From positions 1-64,000 of the forward strand of contig JBFRWI010000135.1 in assembly GCA_051439505.1 (NCBI GenBank): DNA of 64,000 bases, in the 5' to 3' direction. Position numbers and translations under genes: made by a program. The notes beneath the pieces were generated by a model. It did not search any database and was not told the DNA's origin. It was given only the letters and a program-made list of their open reading frames with translations. How positions within the stretch are numbered: the stretch's first letter is position 1; each line of letters opens with the position of its first letter. The stretch comes from Hormoscilla sp. (GTDB taxonomy: Bacteria; Cyanobacteriota; Cyanobacteriia; Cyanobacteriales; Desertifilaceae). Shown one piece after another: positions 51,987-62,366 of this stretch.

Positions 51987-52523
51987 ATGGTAGGTAATCC
52001 TGACTTTTTAACGGCTGCTGAGGCAGAAAAGGGGCAAGCACCAGCATTCGAGGAACTGCAAAATCCAGAGGGAGAGTTGCACTTGAGGTTTTACATCCCT
52101 TCGGGGGAGGAGTTGGCCCTGAATGCAACTGGGATTAGGGAAGTTCTGTCCCAGTCACCAGACATGATTACGGCGATACCGAACGTTTCTCCCTTGCTAT
52201 TGGGCACCATAAACATACGAGGCCGGGTGATTTGGGTCGCTGACCTGGGTAAGTTTTTAGGGGATGAAGAGCCATTAAATACTGATAGATCGGACATTCC
52301 GGTGATTGCAGTCGAAGATCAAGACACGATGCTGGGATTAGCAGTCGATCGTATAGTGGGAATGGTCTGGCTGGATGTAGAGGAACTGCAAAGACCCAGA
52401 GATGTACCGGATACGATGGAACCATTCCTCAAGGGTGAATGGTTGATAGATAAGGAGAACGATAAATATCTACGGCTGCTAAACCAAGTGGCCCTGCTGC
52501 GATCGGCAAGGTGGGCAGCATAA
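51987..52523 (+). CDS. hmpC: CheW adaptor (HmpC)
   Basis: MVGNPDFL start; IPNVSPLLLGTINIRGRVIWVADL, GLAVDRIVG. Confidence 0.9.
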   Translation: MVGNPDFLTAAEAEKGQAPAFEELQNPEGELHLRFYIPSGEELALNATGIREVLSQSPDMITAIPNVSPLLLGTINIRGRVIWVADLGKFLGDEEPLNTDRSDIPVIAVEDQDTMLGLAVDRIVGMVWLDVEELQRPRDVPDTMEPFLKGEWLIDKENDKYLRLLNQVALLRSARWAA

Positions 52524-52576
52524 AAACAAGGGGGAGAAAAGGCATGGATAAATTGTTGAGCAGGGAGGCGTGGTAG

Positions 52577-55417
52577 ATGGACTATCTACAAGAATACCAA
52601 AAAGCGGAAACAGCATACATGCAGGGGAAATATGAAGAGGCGGCGGAAATTGTCGATCCATTAGTGGAAGATTTCCCATCAGAGCCCAATGCCCATTTAC
52701 TCCGGGGCCACATCTACTGTTATGGGCTACAACAGTATGAGACGGCCCTGGAAGAGTACGAGGAGGTACTGGCGATCGCAACTGAAGAAGTGTTGGTGAA
52801 TTATGCCAACGAAGGGATCGCTTACGCTAGTCAATTTACGACGCAACCAGGCTCGCCGACCGAGTCAGTAGCGCCAGAGTCAGCGGCAGAACTAGATTAT
52901 GCAGAGGTTGACAATCAGCCGTCTAGAGAAAAATGGGAAGAACTACCAGATAGCAGCGACTCAGAAATTGACTTGGAAAGTTTCAATCTCAACGGCCAGA
53001 CAGGTCTTCCGGAGCAATCTTCGGGGTTGACAGGAGATGAAATGTCTGGACCATTTGCTAGCCCCTTTGATGTAGATAGTTACACGGATTTAGACTCAGG
53101 GCCAAAAATAGATCGCGAAGGTGATGAAAATCCCTTTGCTGATTTATCTGAGAGCTACGATCAGCCAGATGATTATAGCCTGAATAATTCAGTAGACATA
53201 TTTGATGAGGAAATCCCAGAACTAGAAGAAAAAACTTTGTTAGCGGCAGCTGACGATATTACTTTCGAGCAAGAAGGTTCAGAGAATTATCAGGATCTAG
53301 GGAAAAATGTATTGTCAAATCAGGTTGACCAGTTACTGCCAGCTTCAGAGCAAGAAAATTATCCAAATACAGCAGAAGCTGAACAAGATCCGCCTTTAAG
53401 ATACCTAGAAGAGGAGGAGTATTCAAGCAATGGTAATGGGAAGTTGCCCTCGACACCGCAAATTTCCCCTAGAGGGGAAGAAAAAACTCTATTTATGCCC
53501 GGGATAGAACCGCTACCAGAGGAGTTTGATGTTGATGCGGATGAGGTACTGGGCAATGGCAACGGCGATAATAAAACTCTATCCGATCCCCAGAAGTATT
53601 CTTTGCCAGACAGTGACGAGATTTTTGATGATGAAGACCCCGATCTCTCAGATGAATTGGCAGATATAGAACCAGAAGAAACATGTGACATCAGCGAGCC
53701 ATTATCCTCCGATAATGGCAGGGTTGATTTCTTGGAAGAATTCGATGTATTTGACGATAATATAGACGAATTTTCTGATTTTACCGATGAGGATACAGAC
53801 ATTCCTGACTCGATCGCCCCACCAACGGAAAGCTCCCAGATAGAGGGCGATATAAATTCCAGCTCTTTGCAGGTAAAAAGTGATATATATGGGAGCGTCG
53901 ATAACTCGGGTATCCTCGATCCAGTAGACATGTTTACCTCTACTGAACAGGTTCGGAATTTCCCGAATACAGTTAAGCAAAAATCGGAACCAGCAGTTTC
54001 AGAGGATCAGGGGTTGTTGGGTTTTTTTAAGAATGCCTCCCTGATCCAAAAACAATTGTACACGGCGATGATTGCTGCTGTAGTATCTGCTCTGTTGGGT
54101 GCGGGTGTGATATATACCACAAAATCAGAAGCTTCAGCTCTGTCAAAGTTATTAATGATTATACTACCAGGAGCTGGTGCTGCTGGCACCACCTATGGTC
54201 TGGGCTGGGTAACATGTCAACAAATAAAGCAGTCTACCGATAACTTACAAGCTCAATGTGAGGCACTTGCCTCACATCAGTTCGGGGCTGAGGCGAAGAT
54301 GTACGGAGAAGATGAACTGGGGCGTCTAGCAGATAGCTTTAACCGGATGGCTCGGAATATTTCGACGACTATGACTGATTCCCTGCGTAGAGCGGCGGAG
54401 CAGGAACAGGCGAAGGAGGATTTGCAGCGTCAGGTGATTCGGCTGCTGGATGATGTAGAAGGTGCAGCTCGTGGAGACCTGACGGTACAGGCGGAGGTGA
54501 CTGCTGATGTTTTGGGTGCGGTGGCAGACTCGTTTAACCTGACAATTCAAAATCTACGGGAAATCGTCCAACGGGTGAAGGAAGCGGCGCGACAAGTCAA
54601 TAGGGGTGCGACTGATAGCTCGGAGTTTGCCAGAAGCTTGTCTTCTGATGCTCTGCGACAGGCCGAAGAGCTAGCGGTAACGCTCAATTCGGTTCAGATG
54701 ATGACTGACTCGATTCAACGGGTGGCAGAAAGCGCTCGTCAGGCAGAAGATGTGGCCCGCTCGGCTGCGACTACGGCTATTAAGGGCGGTGAGGCAGTGG
54801 AACGCACCGTTGAGGGGATCCTGGCGATCCGGGAAACGGTGGCTGAGACGACTCGTAAGGTGAAGCGATTGGCAGAATCTTCTCAGGAGATTTCTAAGAT
54901 TGTGGCCTTGATTTCCAATATTGCTTCCCGGACTAATCTGCTAGCTCTTAATGCCAGTATTGAGGCGGCCCGCGCTGGTGATGCCGGTCGGGGCTTCGCG
55001 ATCGTGGCCGATGAGGTGCGCCAACTAGCTGACCGATCGGCCAAAGCGTCAAAGCAAATTGAGCAGATCGTTTTGCAGATCCAGAGCGAGACCAATGGAG
55101 TCATGCAGGCGATGAGTGAAGGGACCGATCAGGTTATTAAAGGGACTAATCTGGCAAAAGAAGCTGCTACGGCTCTCGAAGAAATCATTCAAATCAATAA
55201 TCGCATCGATGTTCTGGTCCGCTCGATTACGGCTGACACGGTCGAGCAGATTGAAACTTCCCGAGCGGTTGCTCACGTGACTCAGTCAGTAGAACTGACC
55301 GCCCAAGAAACTTCTCAAGAGGCTCAGCGGGTATCGGGCTCTTTAGGAAGCCTGGTAAATGTGGCACGAGACCTATTGACTTCGGTAGATCGCTTCCGCG
55401 TGGAAACAAAAGAATAA
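52577..55417 (+). CDS. hmpD: Methyl-accepting chemotaxis protein with N-terminal TPR (HmpD/PilJ)
   Basis: TPR start, acidic linker, 2 TM, HAMP (DELGRLADSFNRM), signalling domain RTNLLALNASIEAARAG. Confidence 0.92.
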   Translation: MDYLQEYQKAETAYMQGKYEEAAEIVDPLVEDFPSEPNAHLLRGHIYCYGLQQYETALEEYEEVLAIATEEVLVNYANEGIAYASQFTTQPGSPTESVAPESAAELDYAEVDNQPSREKWEELPDSSDSEIDLESFNLNGQTGLPEQSSGLTGDEMSGPFASPFDVDSYTDLDSGPKIDREGDENPFADLSESYDQPDDYSLNNSVDIFDEEIPELEEKTLLAAADDITFEQEGSENYQDLGKNVLSNQVDQLLPASEQENYPNTAEAEQDPPLRYLEEEEYSSNGNGKLPSTPQISPRGEEKTLFMPGIEPLPEEFDVDADEVLGNGNGDNKTLSDPQKYSLPDSDEIFDDEDPDLSDELADIEPEETCDISEPLSSDNGRVDFLEEFDVFDDNIDEFSDFTDEDTDIPDSIAPPTESSQIEGDINSSSLQVKSDIYGSVDNSGILDPVDMFTSTEQVRNFPNTVKQKSEPAVSEDQGLLGFFKNASLIQKQLYTAMIAAVVSALLGAGVIYTTKSEASALSKLLMIILPGAGAAGTTYGLGWVTCQQIKQSTDNLQAQCEALASHQFGAEAKMYGEDELGRLADSFNRMARNISTTMTDSLRRAAEQEQAKEDLQRQVIRLLDDVEGAARGDLTVQAEVTADVLGAVADSFNLTIQNLREIVQRVKEAARQVNRGATDSSEFARSLSSDALRQAEELAVTLNSVQMMTDSIQRVAESARQAEDVARSAATTAIKGGEAVERTVEGILAIRETVAETTRKVKRLAESSQEISKIVALISNIASRTNLLALNASIEAARAGDAGRGFAIVADEVRQLADRSAKASKQIEQIVLQIQSETNGVMQAMSEGTDQVIKGTNLAKEAATALEEIIQINNRIDVLVRSITADTVEQIETSRAVAHVTQSVELTAQETSQEAQRVSGSLGSLVNVARDLLTSVDRFRVETKE

Positions 55418-55852
55418 TCTCGGTTTGGCCCGATCGGCGTCCGCCGACTTGTGCGGCCAATTTGCCGTTTTATATAGTCATTTAATCACAGAAATAGTCA
55501 AACTGCATAATTTGTCGTCACAGGTAAGACAAGTTTGAGATTTGAGATTTGCTATTGCCTGCACTAGGTCGCTCCCAGGATTTTGGAGCTGGACATCAGT
55601 AGCAAAATTAGTCGAAAGTGGTATAATAAGACAACTGTGGGCCTCTGCGAAGCACTGGTAACAGGTTAAAAGCGGTAGATCGCAAGGGCTAAAAGATGAT
55701 TGTCTACAATTGTCATCAAAGTAGATGAGCTGTGGGAGGTATGTCCTTAAGATAATACAATAGGATTAACCGATTAATAGGATTAACCGATTTGTGTAAA
55801 GGTCACCAAGGAACAATCGGCTGTTGAAAAGAGCAATCAAAGAGGAGAAAAA

Positions 55853-58800
55853 ATGGTAGCGAACTCCAGAGAACTAGAGACTCTAAATGAATTATTTGCC
55901 GGTTTAGAGTCGGAAGAAGAGCTGAGATTTTCACCAGAAAAACATGTAATTAAAGAGGAAGAAATTTCGATAAGCAATAAAATTGAATCGAGTTTTCCTA
56001 GCAAAGAGCGGAGATTGACTAGAGAAGTATTGTCATCCGAAGAATTAGAAATAACGGCCAAAGATATCGAAGAATTGGAGCGAGTGGGTGAGTTAGATAT
56101 TAGCAATATCCAACTCACCACGGAAGATGGTAAATTGCCGTCCCAGAAGGGCCAGAATGCAGAGGGTGCATGGGAAAATTATGGTGAAATGACCGCAGAT
56201 CCAAAAAACGCACCGTTCCGGAAAAATCTACAAGGTAAGAATCCCAACAGCAAAAAGCAAAAATCAGAAAAGTCCGGTTATAAATTGGGTGCGGAACCGG
56301 TAGCTACGCAGTCCCAGACTCTAGCAGAGGCAGAATCAGAGGATTTTGACGATCTGCTGGCGATCGGGGGAACGGACAATGACCAGTCGGAAAATTGGGA
56401 CGTGCTAGAACCTTTGGAAAGTTACTCCTCTCAATCCCAGGAAATAAATGACCTGGAACTAGAGCTGGAGACTCTGGAGACTCCAGAAGATTGGTCAGAT
56501 TTTCAGATGAGTGAGAGTGAGTCGGAAGATGATAGCACGCTAATGCCAGAAGGTTCATTGGAAGCAAAAGAAATGCTCTCGATGGAAGATTTAGACCTGG
56601 GCGACTATTCAGAAAGTGCGCTATCTGAGTTGGAACTGGAGATGTCGGCGGCTCCCGCGACGGGCATGGAGCTAGAGGAACTTTCTTTAGACTCTCTGGA
56701 GGAACTCTCAGCAGAAACAGAACCTGACACTTTACATTTCCAAGGGGAAGAGCCCTCCCGAGAGTCAGGCGCTCAAGCAGAAATGCTCTCGATGGCAGAT
56801 TTAGACCTGGGCGACTCTTCTGAAAGTATGCTATCTGAGTTGGAACTGGAGATGGAGTCGGCTCCCGCGACGGGCATGGAGCTAGAGGAACTTTCTTTAG
56901 ACTCTCTGGAGGAACTCTCAGCAGAAACAGAACCTGACACTTCTATTGACTCGGAAGAGTTGGATATGGATCTATTTTCAGAGTATGGCCAGGAGTCAGA
57001 AGAGGTAGATGAAGCAACATTTGATTCTATCCAGATAGAAACAGAAAATCACACCGTGCCGGAAAAATCAGAGTTGTTACAGGACATAGACTTGGGTGAA
57101 GACTCAGATCTGATGTGGGATTGGGAGGAAAGTGAAGCTGCTGGTGAAAGTGAAATGCCGCCTGACATGGATGGAAATCTGTTGGGATCTGGGCAAAGTA
57201 CAGATGATATTGAAGCAATGCTTTACGATTTTTCCGACACGGCAATGGATGCTACGGAGGAGTTGGCAGATGACTTTGACTTCGATTCGATAGATTTGGA
57301 CTTAGAGCGGGAATTGTTGGGCGATCGCACGACATCGCCCAAGAATGTTACAGCAGCAATGACATCGGCTTTAGATAGTGATGTTTTAGATTGGGACTTG
57401 TTAGGAGATATAGGAGTCGATCTGATAGGGGAACAGACTGACGATATTTCCCTTACGGTAGCAGATGCGGAAACGGTATCGGAAGGGCAAACGCCCCCAT
57501 GGGAAGAGTTGGAGGCTTTACTGGGGTATGAAGAGCCGGCTAGCCTAGGGGATACAGAGAAAGTAGTATTCGATCGACTAGAAGAATTTTTGAATGCATC
57601 GCCAGAAAGTCCGCAAGCAGAGTCGGTCGGAGACTCCGATACAGAATCGGATGTTTCCGGCACGGTAGGAACCAAGAGTTCATCAAAAAATGATGATTTT
57701 GATGAACTCCAAGCACTGTTGGAAGATGCAGACAAGTTGGGTGGGCCTTCGATAAAAAGCAGCAGCATACAGCGGCCACAACAAATGAATAGCCGACCAA
57801 GGCCGATCGAGCAGAATATGAAGGTGCCGATCAAGCAACTGGACAACCTCAGCAACTTGGTCGGGGAATTGGTGGTGAACCGCAATAGTTTGGAGCAAGA
57901 CCAAGACCGGCTACGGACGACTTTGGATAATTTGCTCTATCAGGTGCAGCAACTCAATGATGTGGGCGGGCGCATGCAGGATCTATACGAGCGATCGCTC
58001 CTGGAAGCGTCTCTACTGTCTTCGCGAGCTAGCAACCGAGGGGGTCCGGGGTCTAAGGGAACTGTGTCTAACAATCAACACCATCCGGGAGAAGAATTCG
58101 ATCCGGACGAACTGGACAGTTTTACGGCTTTCCATGAGCTTTCCCAGGAGATGATCGAGCTAATTGTACGGGTGCGGGAGTCGGCTTCTGATATCGAGTT
58201 CATTGTTGATGAAACAGATCAGGTGACTCGCCAGTTCCGGCAGGTAACGACCCAACTGCAAGAGGGTCTGACGCGCACTCGCATGATACCTTTCGCCCAA
58301 ACGGTAGACAAGCTACCACCGGCTGTGAAACGGGTTTGCATGCAGTTGAACAAGCAGGCCCAAATTCAGATAGAAGGTCGGGAAACTCTGATCGACAAGA
58401 TGATCCAAGAGCACCTGTCTGGCCCCATGACCCACCTGATTAATAATGCTATGACTCACGGGGTGGAGTCGCCAGAGGTGCGAGAGACTATGGGCAAGCC
58501 TCCTGTGGGTCAGATTACTGTCCGTGCTTTCCATCAAGGGAACCAGACGGTGATTTCTGTATCGGATGATGGAGCCGGGATCGATGCAGAACGGGTGAAA
58601 AATAAGGGGATAGAGAAAGGGTTGATCTCTCAAGAGGAAGCAAAAACTATCTCCCGTCTAGATCTGTATGACCTGCTTTTCCACCCAGGGTTTAGCACGA
58701 AGGATCAAGTGGATGACTTGGCAGGTCGCGGTGTGGGGTTGGACGTGGTGCGTACTAGCTTGAGGGATATTCGCGGGGCGATCAATATTGATTCTACCCT

Positions 58801-59746
58801 CGGAAAGGGCACTACTTTTACTATCCGGCTGCCTTTAACTCTGAGTATTTCTAAAGCTCTCTGCTGCATTAGCAATTGGGCCAGGATTGCTTTCCCGATG
58901 GATGGTGTGGAAGATATGTTGGATGTGCCCAAAGAGCGGATATCTGTCAATAGCGAAGGTCAATCCTGCATTATGTGGCGGGATATCCAGTTGCCTTTCC
59001 GACCTCTATCAGAACTGCTACAATATAATCGTCAAATCGGTCGCGCTCGGGTGTTTGGCGCCAACGAGGAAGAGGATATTGTTTCGATTGTGGTCCTGCG
59101 CGGTGCTGGTGAATACATTGCCCTCCAGGTGGATCAGGTGCTGGGCGAGCAGGAAATCGTGATCAAGCAGCTGGAAGGCCCGGTACCTAAGCCCATGGGA
59201 GTGGCTGGCGCTACGGTGTTGGGGGATAGTCGGATCATGCCGATCGCGGATGTGCTGGAACTGATTGACCTCTCGAAGGGACGTTCCCCACGGCGGGGAA
59301 CCTGGGATTACGATGCGACTGAAAATATTTCCGAACCACCACAGCTCAAAACTGAGACGACTGTACTGATTGTGGATGACTCAATTACCGTGCGGGAACT
59401 GCTGTCGATGACCTTTAATAAGGCTGGTTACCGGGTGGAACAAGCTCGTGACGGTCAGGATGCTTGGGATAAATTGCGATCGGGTCTGGCTTGTGATATT
59501 ATTTTCTGTGACATGGAAATGCCCAGAATGAATGGTCTCGAACTGCTGGAGCGGCTTCAGAAAGACGAGCACCTCGATCGTATACCTATGGCGATGCTGA
59601 CTTCTCGCGGTGCTGATAAGTACAAGGAAAAGGCGGCTAACTTGGGTGCTAAGGGATATTTCACTAAGCCTTATTTGGAAGAAGCTTTGCTGGAGGCCGC
59701 TCAACAAATGCTTAAAGGCGAAGTCCTCATGAGTGCTGCGAGTTGA
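55853..59746 (+). CDS. hmpE: CheA-like hybrid kinase (HmpE-like) lacking a recognisable HPt domain
   Basis: LDNLSNLVGELV, HLINNAMTHG, DDGAGID, GFST, GRGVGLDVV, CheW and REC domains; acidic low-complexity N-terminus with no AHxxKG motif. Confidence 0.85.
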   Translation: MVANSRELETLNELFAGLESEEELRFSPEKHVIKEEEISISNKIESSFPSKERRLTREVLSSEELEITAKDIEELERVGELDISNIQLTTEDGKLPSQKGQNAEGAWENYGEMTADPKNAPFRKNLQGKNPNSKKQKSEKSGYKLGAEPVATQSQTLAEAESEDFDDLLAIGGTDNDQSENWDVLEPLESYSSQSQEINDLELELETLETPEDWSDFQMSESESEDDSTLMPEGSLEAKEMLSMEDLDLGDYSESALSELELEMSAAPATGMELEELSLDSLEELSAETEPDTLHFQGEEPSRESGAQAEMLSMADLDLGDSSESMLSELELEMESAPATGMELEELSLDSLEELSAETEPDTSIDSEELDMDLFSEYGQESEEVDEATFDSIQIETENHTVPEKSELLQDIDLGEDSDLMWDWEESEAAGESEMPPDMDGNLLGSGQSTDDIEAMLYDFSDTAMDATEELADDFDFDSIDLDLERELLGDRTTSPKNVTAAMTSALDSDVLDWDLLGDIGVDLIGEQTDDISLTVADAETVSEGQTPPWEELEALLGYEEPASLGDTEKVVFDRLEEFLNASPESPQAESVGDSDTESDVSGTVGTKSSSKNDDFDELQALLEDADKLGGPSIKSSSIQRPQQMNSRPRPIEQNMKVPIKQLDNLSNLVGELVVNRNSLEQDQDRLRTTLDNLLYQVQQLNDVGGRMQDLYERSLLEASLLSSRASNRGGPGSKGTVSNNQHHPGEEFDPDELDSFTAFHELSQEMIELIVRVRESASDIEFIVDETDQVTRQFRQVTTQLQEGLTRTRMIPFAQTVDKLPPAVKRVCMQLNKQAQIQIEGRETLIDKMIQEHLSGPMTHLINNAMTHGVESPEVRETMGKPPVGQITVRAFHQGNQTVISVSDDGAGIDAERVKNKGIEKGLISQEEAKTISRLDLYDLLFHPGFSTKDQVDDLAGRGVGLDVVRTSLRDIRGAINIDSTLGKGTTFTIRLPLTLSISKALCCISNWARIAFPMDGVEDMLDVPKERISVNSEGQSCIMWRDIQLPFRPLSELLQYNRQIGRARVFGANEEEDIVSIVVLRGAGEYIALQVDQVLGEQEIVIKQLEGPVPKPMGVAGATVLGDSRIMPIADVLELIDLSKGRSPRRGTWDYDATENISEPPQLKTETTVLIVDDSITVRELLSMTFNKAGYRVEQARDGQDAWDKLRSGLACDIIFCDMEMPRMNGLELLERLQKDEHLDRIPMAMLTSRGADKYKEKAANLGAKGYFTKPYLEEALLEAAQQMLKGEVLMSAAS
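56569..56942 (+). repeat. Intragenic direct duplication (~164 bp x2, 210-bp period)
   Basis: 56569-56732 vs 56779-56942, both encoding EMLSMxDLDLGD...APATGMELEELSLDSLEELSAETEPDT. Confidence 0.9.
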
Positions 59747-59922
59747 TGGTTGTCAGTTGCTAGTTGTCAGTTGATGGTTGTCAGCCGAACCGTGCCGGAA
59801 AAATCGGCCATTGTTACATGCACGCGCACGCCCCCCCACCCTCAAGGGTGGGGCTACAATACAAAGCCCGCCTGCGCGGGCTTGATACCGCCAACTTTAA
59901 ATTTGATTAAAAGTACCATATT

Positions 59923-62007
59923 ATGTCGGATTCAAACCAGCAGATAGTCTATCCAGTCAGCCGCAAGGTTGACCAAATCGATTTGCTTCACGGAGTAAAG
60001 GTGCCAGACCCTTATAGATGGCTAGAAGACCCAGACTCGGAAGAAACTAAGGCTTGGGTTGAGGCTCAGAATCAGGGAACTTTTGGTTATCTGGGTGAAA
60101 TTCAAGCCCGGGTGAAGCTTCAGCAGCGACTGACTCAGTTGTGGGATTTTGAAAAATATGGGATTCCTTTTAATCGGGGCGATCGCTATTTTTATTCCCG
60201 CAATAGCGGTCTGCAAAATCAATATGTCCTTTACACTTTGACAGACCTGTCCGGTGAAGCAAGGGTGCTGCTGGACCCGAATACTCTCTCGGATGATGGG
60301 ACGATCGCCCTATCGGGGACGGCGATTACTGAAGATGGGAAGTTAATGGCTTATGGCCTGTCTAGTTCTGGTTCTGATTGGCAAGAATGGCAGGTGCGGG
60401 ATGTGGAAACGGGTGAGGATTTACCAGATTTGATTAAATGGGTGAAGTTCTCGGGCGCATCTTGGACTAAGGATGGTAAGGGCTTTTTCTACAGTCGCTA
60501 CGATGAACCGAATGAAGCGACGAAGTTGGAAGATGTCAATTATTACCAGAAGCTTTATTATCATCATCTGGGTCAACCCCAATCAGAGGACCTGCTAATT
60601 TACGAACGTCCCGACCACAAGGAATGGATGTTTAATGGCAATGTAACTGAGGATGGACGTTATTTAATTATTAGCGTCGGGCGGGGAACAGATCCTAAAA
60701 ATTTGCTTTTCTATCGGGATTTAACTAAACCAGAGGCACCGGTAGTAGAACTGATTGGCGAGTTTGAAGCTAGCTATAGCTTTATCAATAACGATGGCTC
60801 GTTGTTCTGGTTGCAGACTGATTTGGATGCGCCCCGGAGTCGGGTAATTGCTATTGATGTCGATAGCCCCGATCGCGCAAATTGGCAAGAGGTGATCCCC
60901 CAAGCGGCGGAAGTGCTGGAAGATGTGGGAATATTGCATAACCAGTTTGTGGTCAATTACCTGCAAGATGCCCGATCGCTTGTCAAGATTTTCAACTTGG
61001 ACGGGACTTTGGTGCGAGAGGTAAAATTGCCGGGGATTGGTTCTGTGCGGGGATTTTACGGTCAGCGTCACGATCGGGAAACCTTTTACATGTTTACCGG
61101 TTTTACCACGCCGGGAACTATTTACCGCTACGATCTGGTAACGGACGAAAGTACCATCTATCGGCAACCCCAGGTAGATATTTCTTTTGATCCAGCTGAT
61201 TACGAGACGCAGCAGATTTTCTATAGCAGCAAGGATGGGACCAAAGTCCCGATGTTTATCACCCACAAAAAAGGGTTGCAGTTGGATGGGAATAATCCTA
61301 CTTACCTCTATGGCTATGGTGGATTTAATATCTCGCTGACGCCCAATTTCTCCATCTCTAATCTGGTGTGGATGGAGATGGGTGGTGTCTATGCGGTCCC
61401 GAATTTGCGTGGCGGTGGCGAGTACGGTGAGGAATGGCACCAGGCGGGGACGAAGCTACAGAAGCAGAATGTGTTTGATGATTTTATCGCGGCGGCTGAG
61501 TGGCTGATCGATCGCAAATACACTTCATCAGCAAAACTGGCCATTGCTGGCGGCAGTAATGGGGGTTTATTGGTGGGTGCTTGCATGACCCAACGCCCGG
61601 ATCTGTTTGCGGCGGCGCTACCAGCCGTGGGGGTGCTGGATATGCTGCGCTTCCATAAGTTTACCATTGGCTGGGCTTGGTGTTCGGATTACGGTTCTCC
61701 TGACGAGCCCGAGGAGTTTAAGGCCCTTTATGCTTATTCGCCTTTGCATAATCTTAAACCTGGCACGGCTTACCCAGCAACACTGATTACTACGGCAGAT
61801 CATGACGATCGGGTGGTTCCTGCTCATAGTTTCAAGTTTGCTGCGGCTTTGCAGGAGGCCCATGAAGGTGAAAATCCCGTGTTAATCAGAATTGACACTA
61901 AGGCGGGACATGGTGGTGGCAAGCCTACTGCTAAGATTATTGAAGAGATTGCCGATAAGTTTGCCTTTTTGGTGCGGGTGATGGATATGAAAATGGCTAA
62001 TGGCTAA
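59923..62007 (+). CDS. Prolyl oligopeptidase (S9A)
   Basis: DPYRWLED, YGYGGF, RGGGEYG, GGSNGGLL, DHDDRV, AGHG catalytic triad. Confidence 0.97.
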   Translation: MSDSNQQIVYPVSRKVDQIDLLHGVKVPDPYRWLEDPDSEETKAWVEAQNQGTFGYLGEIQARVKLQQRLTQLWDFEKYGIPFNRGDRYFYSRNSGLQNQYVLYTLTDLSGEARVLLDPNTLSDDGTIALSGTAITEDGKLMAYGLSSSGSDWQEWQVRDVETGEDLPDLIKWVKFSGASWTKDGKGFFYSRYDEPNEATKLEDVNYYQKLYYHHLGQPQSEDLLIYERPDHKEWMFNGNVTEDGRYLIISVGRGTDPKNLLFYRDLTKPEAPVVELIGEFEASYSFINNDGSLFWLQTDLDAPRSRVIAIDVDSPDRANWQEVIPQAAEVLEDVGILHNQFVVNYLQDARSLVKIFNLDGTLVREVKLPGIGSVRGFYGQRHDRETFYMFTGFTTPGTIYRYDLVTDESTIYRQPQVDISFDPADYETQQIFYSSKDGTKVPMFITHKKGLQLDGNNPTYLYGYGGFNISLTPNFSISNLVWMEMGGVYAVPNLRGGGEYGEEWHQAGTKLQKQNVFDDFIAAAEWLIDRKYTSSAKLAIAGGSNGGLLVGACMTQRPDLFAAALPAVGVLDMLRFHKFTIGWAWCSDYGSPDEPEEFKALYAYSPLHNLKPGTAYPATLITTADHDDRVVPAHSFKFAAALQEAHEGENPVLIRIDTKAGHGGGKPTAKIIEEIADKFAFLVRVMDMKMANG

Positions 62008-62028
62008 TGGCTAATGGCTAATGGCTAA
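61992..62028. repeat. STRR heptamer AATGGCT x5
   Basis: Tandem 7-mer overlapping the POP stop codon. Confidence 0.85.
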
Positions 62029-62116
62029 TAGTAGGGTGGTCAAAACCAGTTGGTAGTAGGCTTCACTTTTGACCTCCCCCTACCCCCCATGAGAGGGAAA
62101 AAAAATTATTAAACCC

Positions 62117-62146
62117 TTGACAAGTTCCACTTCCGTTAGCTATACT
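62117..62146 (+). promoter_or_regulatory. Near-consensus sigma70 promoter
   Basis: TTGACA-N18-TATACT. Confidence 0.6.
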
Positions 62147-62151
62147 TTATT

Positions 62152-62366
62152 TAGCAATATTGGTTCATGGGGGCTTGGAAAATCAACGTAACACAAGCCC
62201 AAGCGAAACCAGGGATGCCCGGCCCGGACTGCGCAAAAAGCGCCCTATTTGGGTTAAGCAACGGTTCTGAGGCGTTTTAGCGTAACTCCGGGTCAGGTAA
62301 ATCTCTAATTCGCTCACTTCGACTCCACAAGGAGAGCCCTGTGGCAGGGTTCTCCCTGCGCATTTT
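62152..62366 (+). ncRNA. Candidate structured ncRNA / long leader
   Basis: Nested stems TGGTT/AACCA, GGGCTTG/CAAGCCC, CCCGGA/TCCGGG, AAAAGCGCC/GGCGTTTT; terminal hairpin 62331-62355; no ORF. Confidence 0.45.
62331..62366 (+). terminator. Hairpin, possible intrinsic terminator or IS200/605-type end
   Basis: GGAGAGCCCTG-TGG-CAGGGTTCTCC followed shortly by TTTTT. Confidence 0.45.

Noticed and set aside
62310..62330. tRNA or tmRNA 3' end (TTCGACTCCAC)
   Set aside because: No cloverleaf, acceptor stem or CCA; no tmRNA 5' end.
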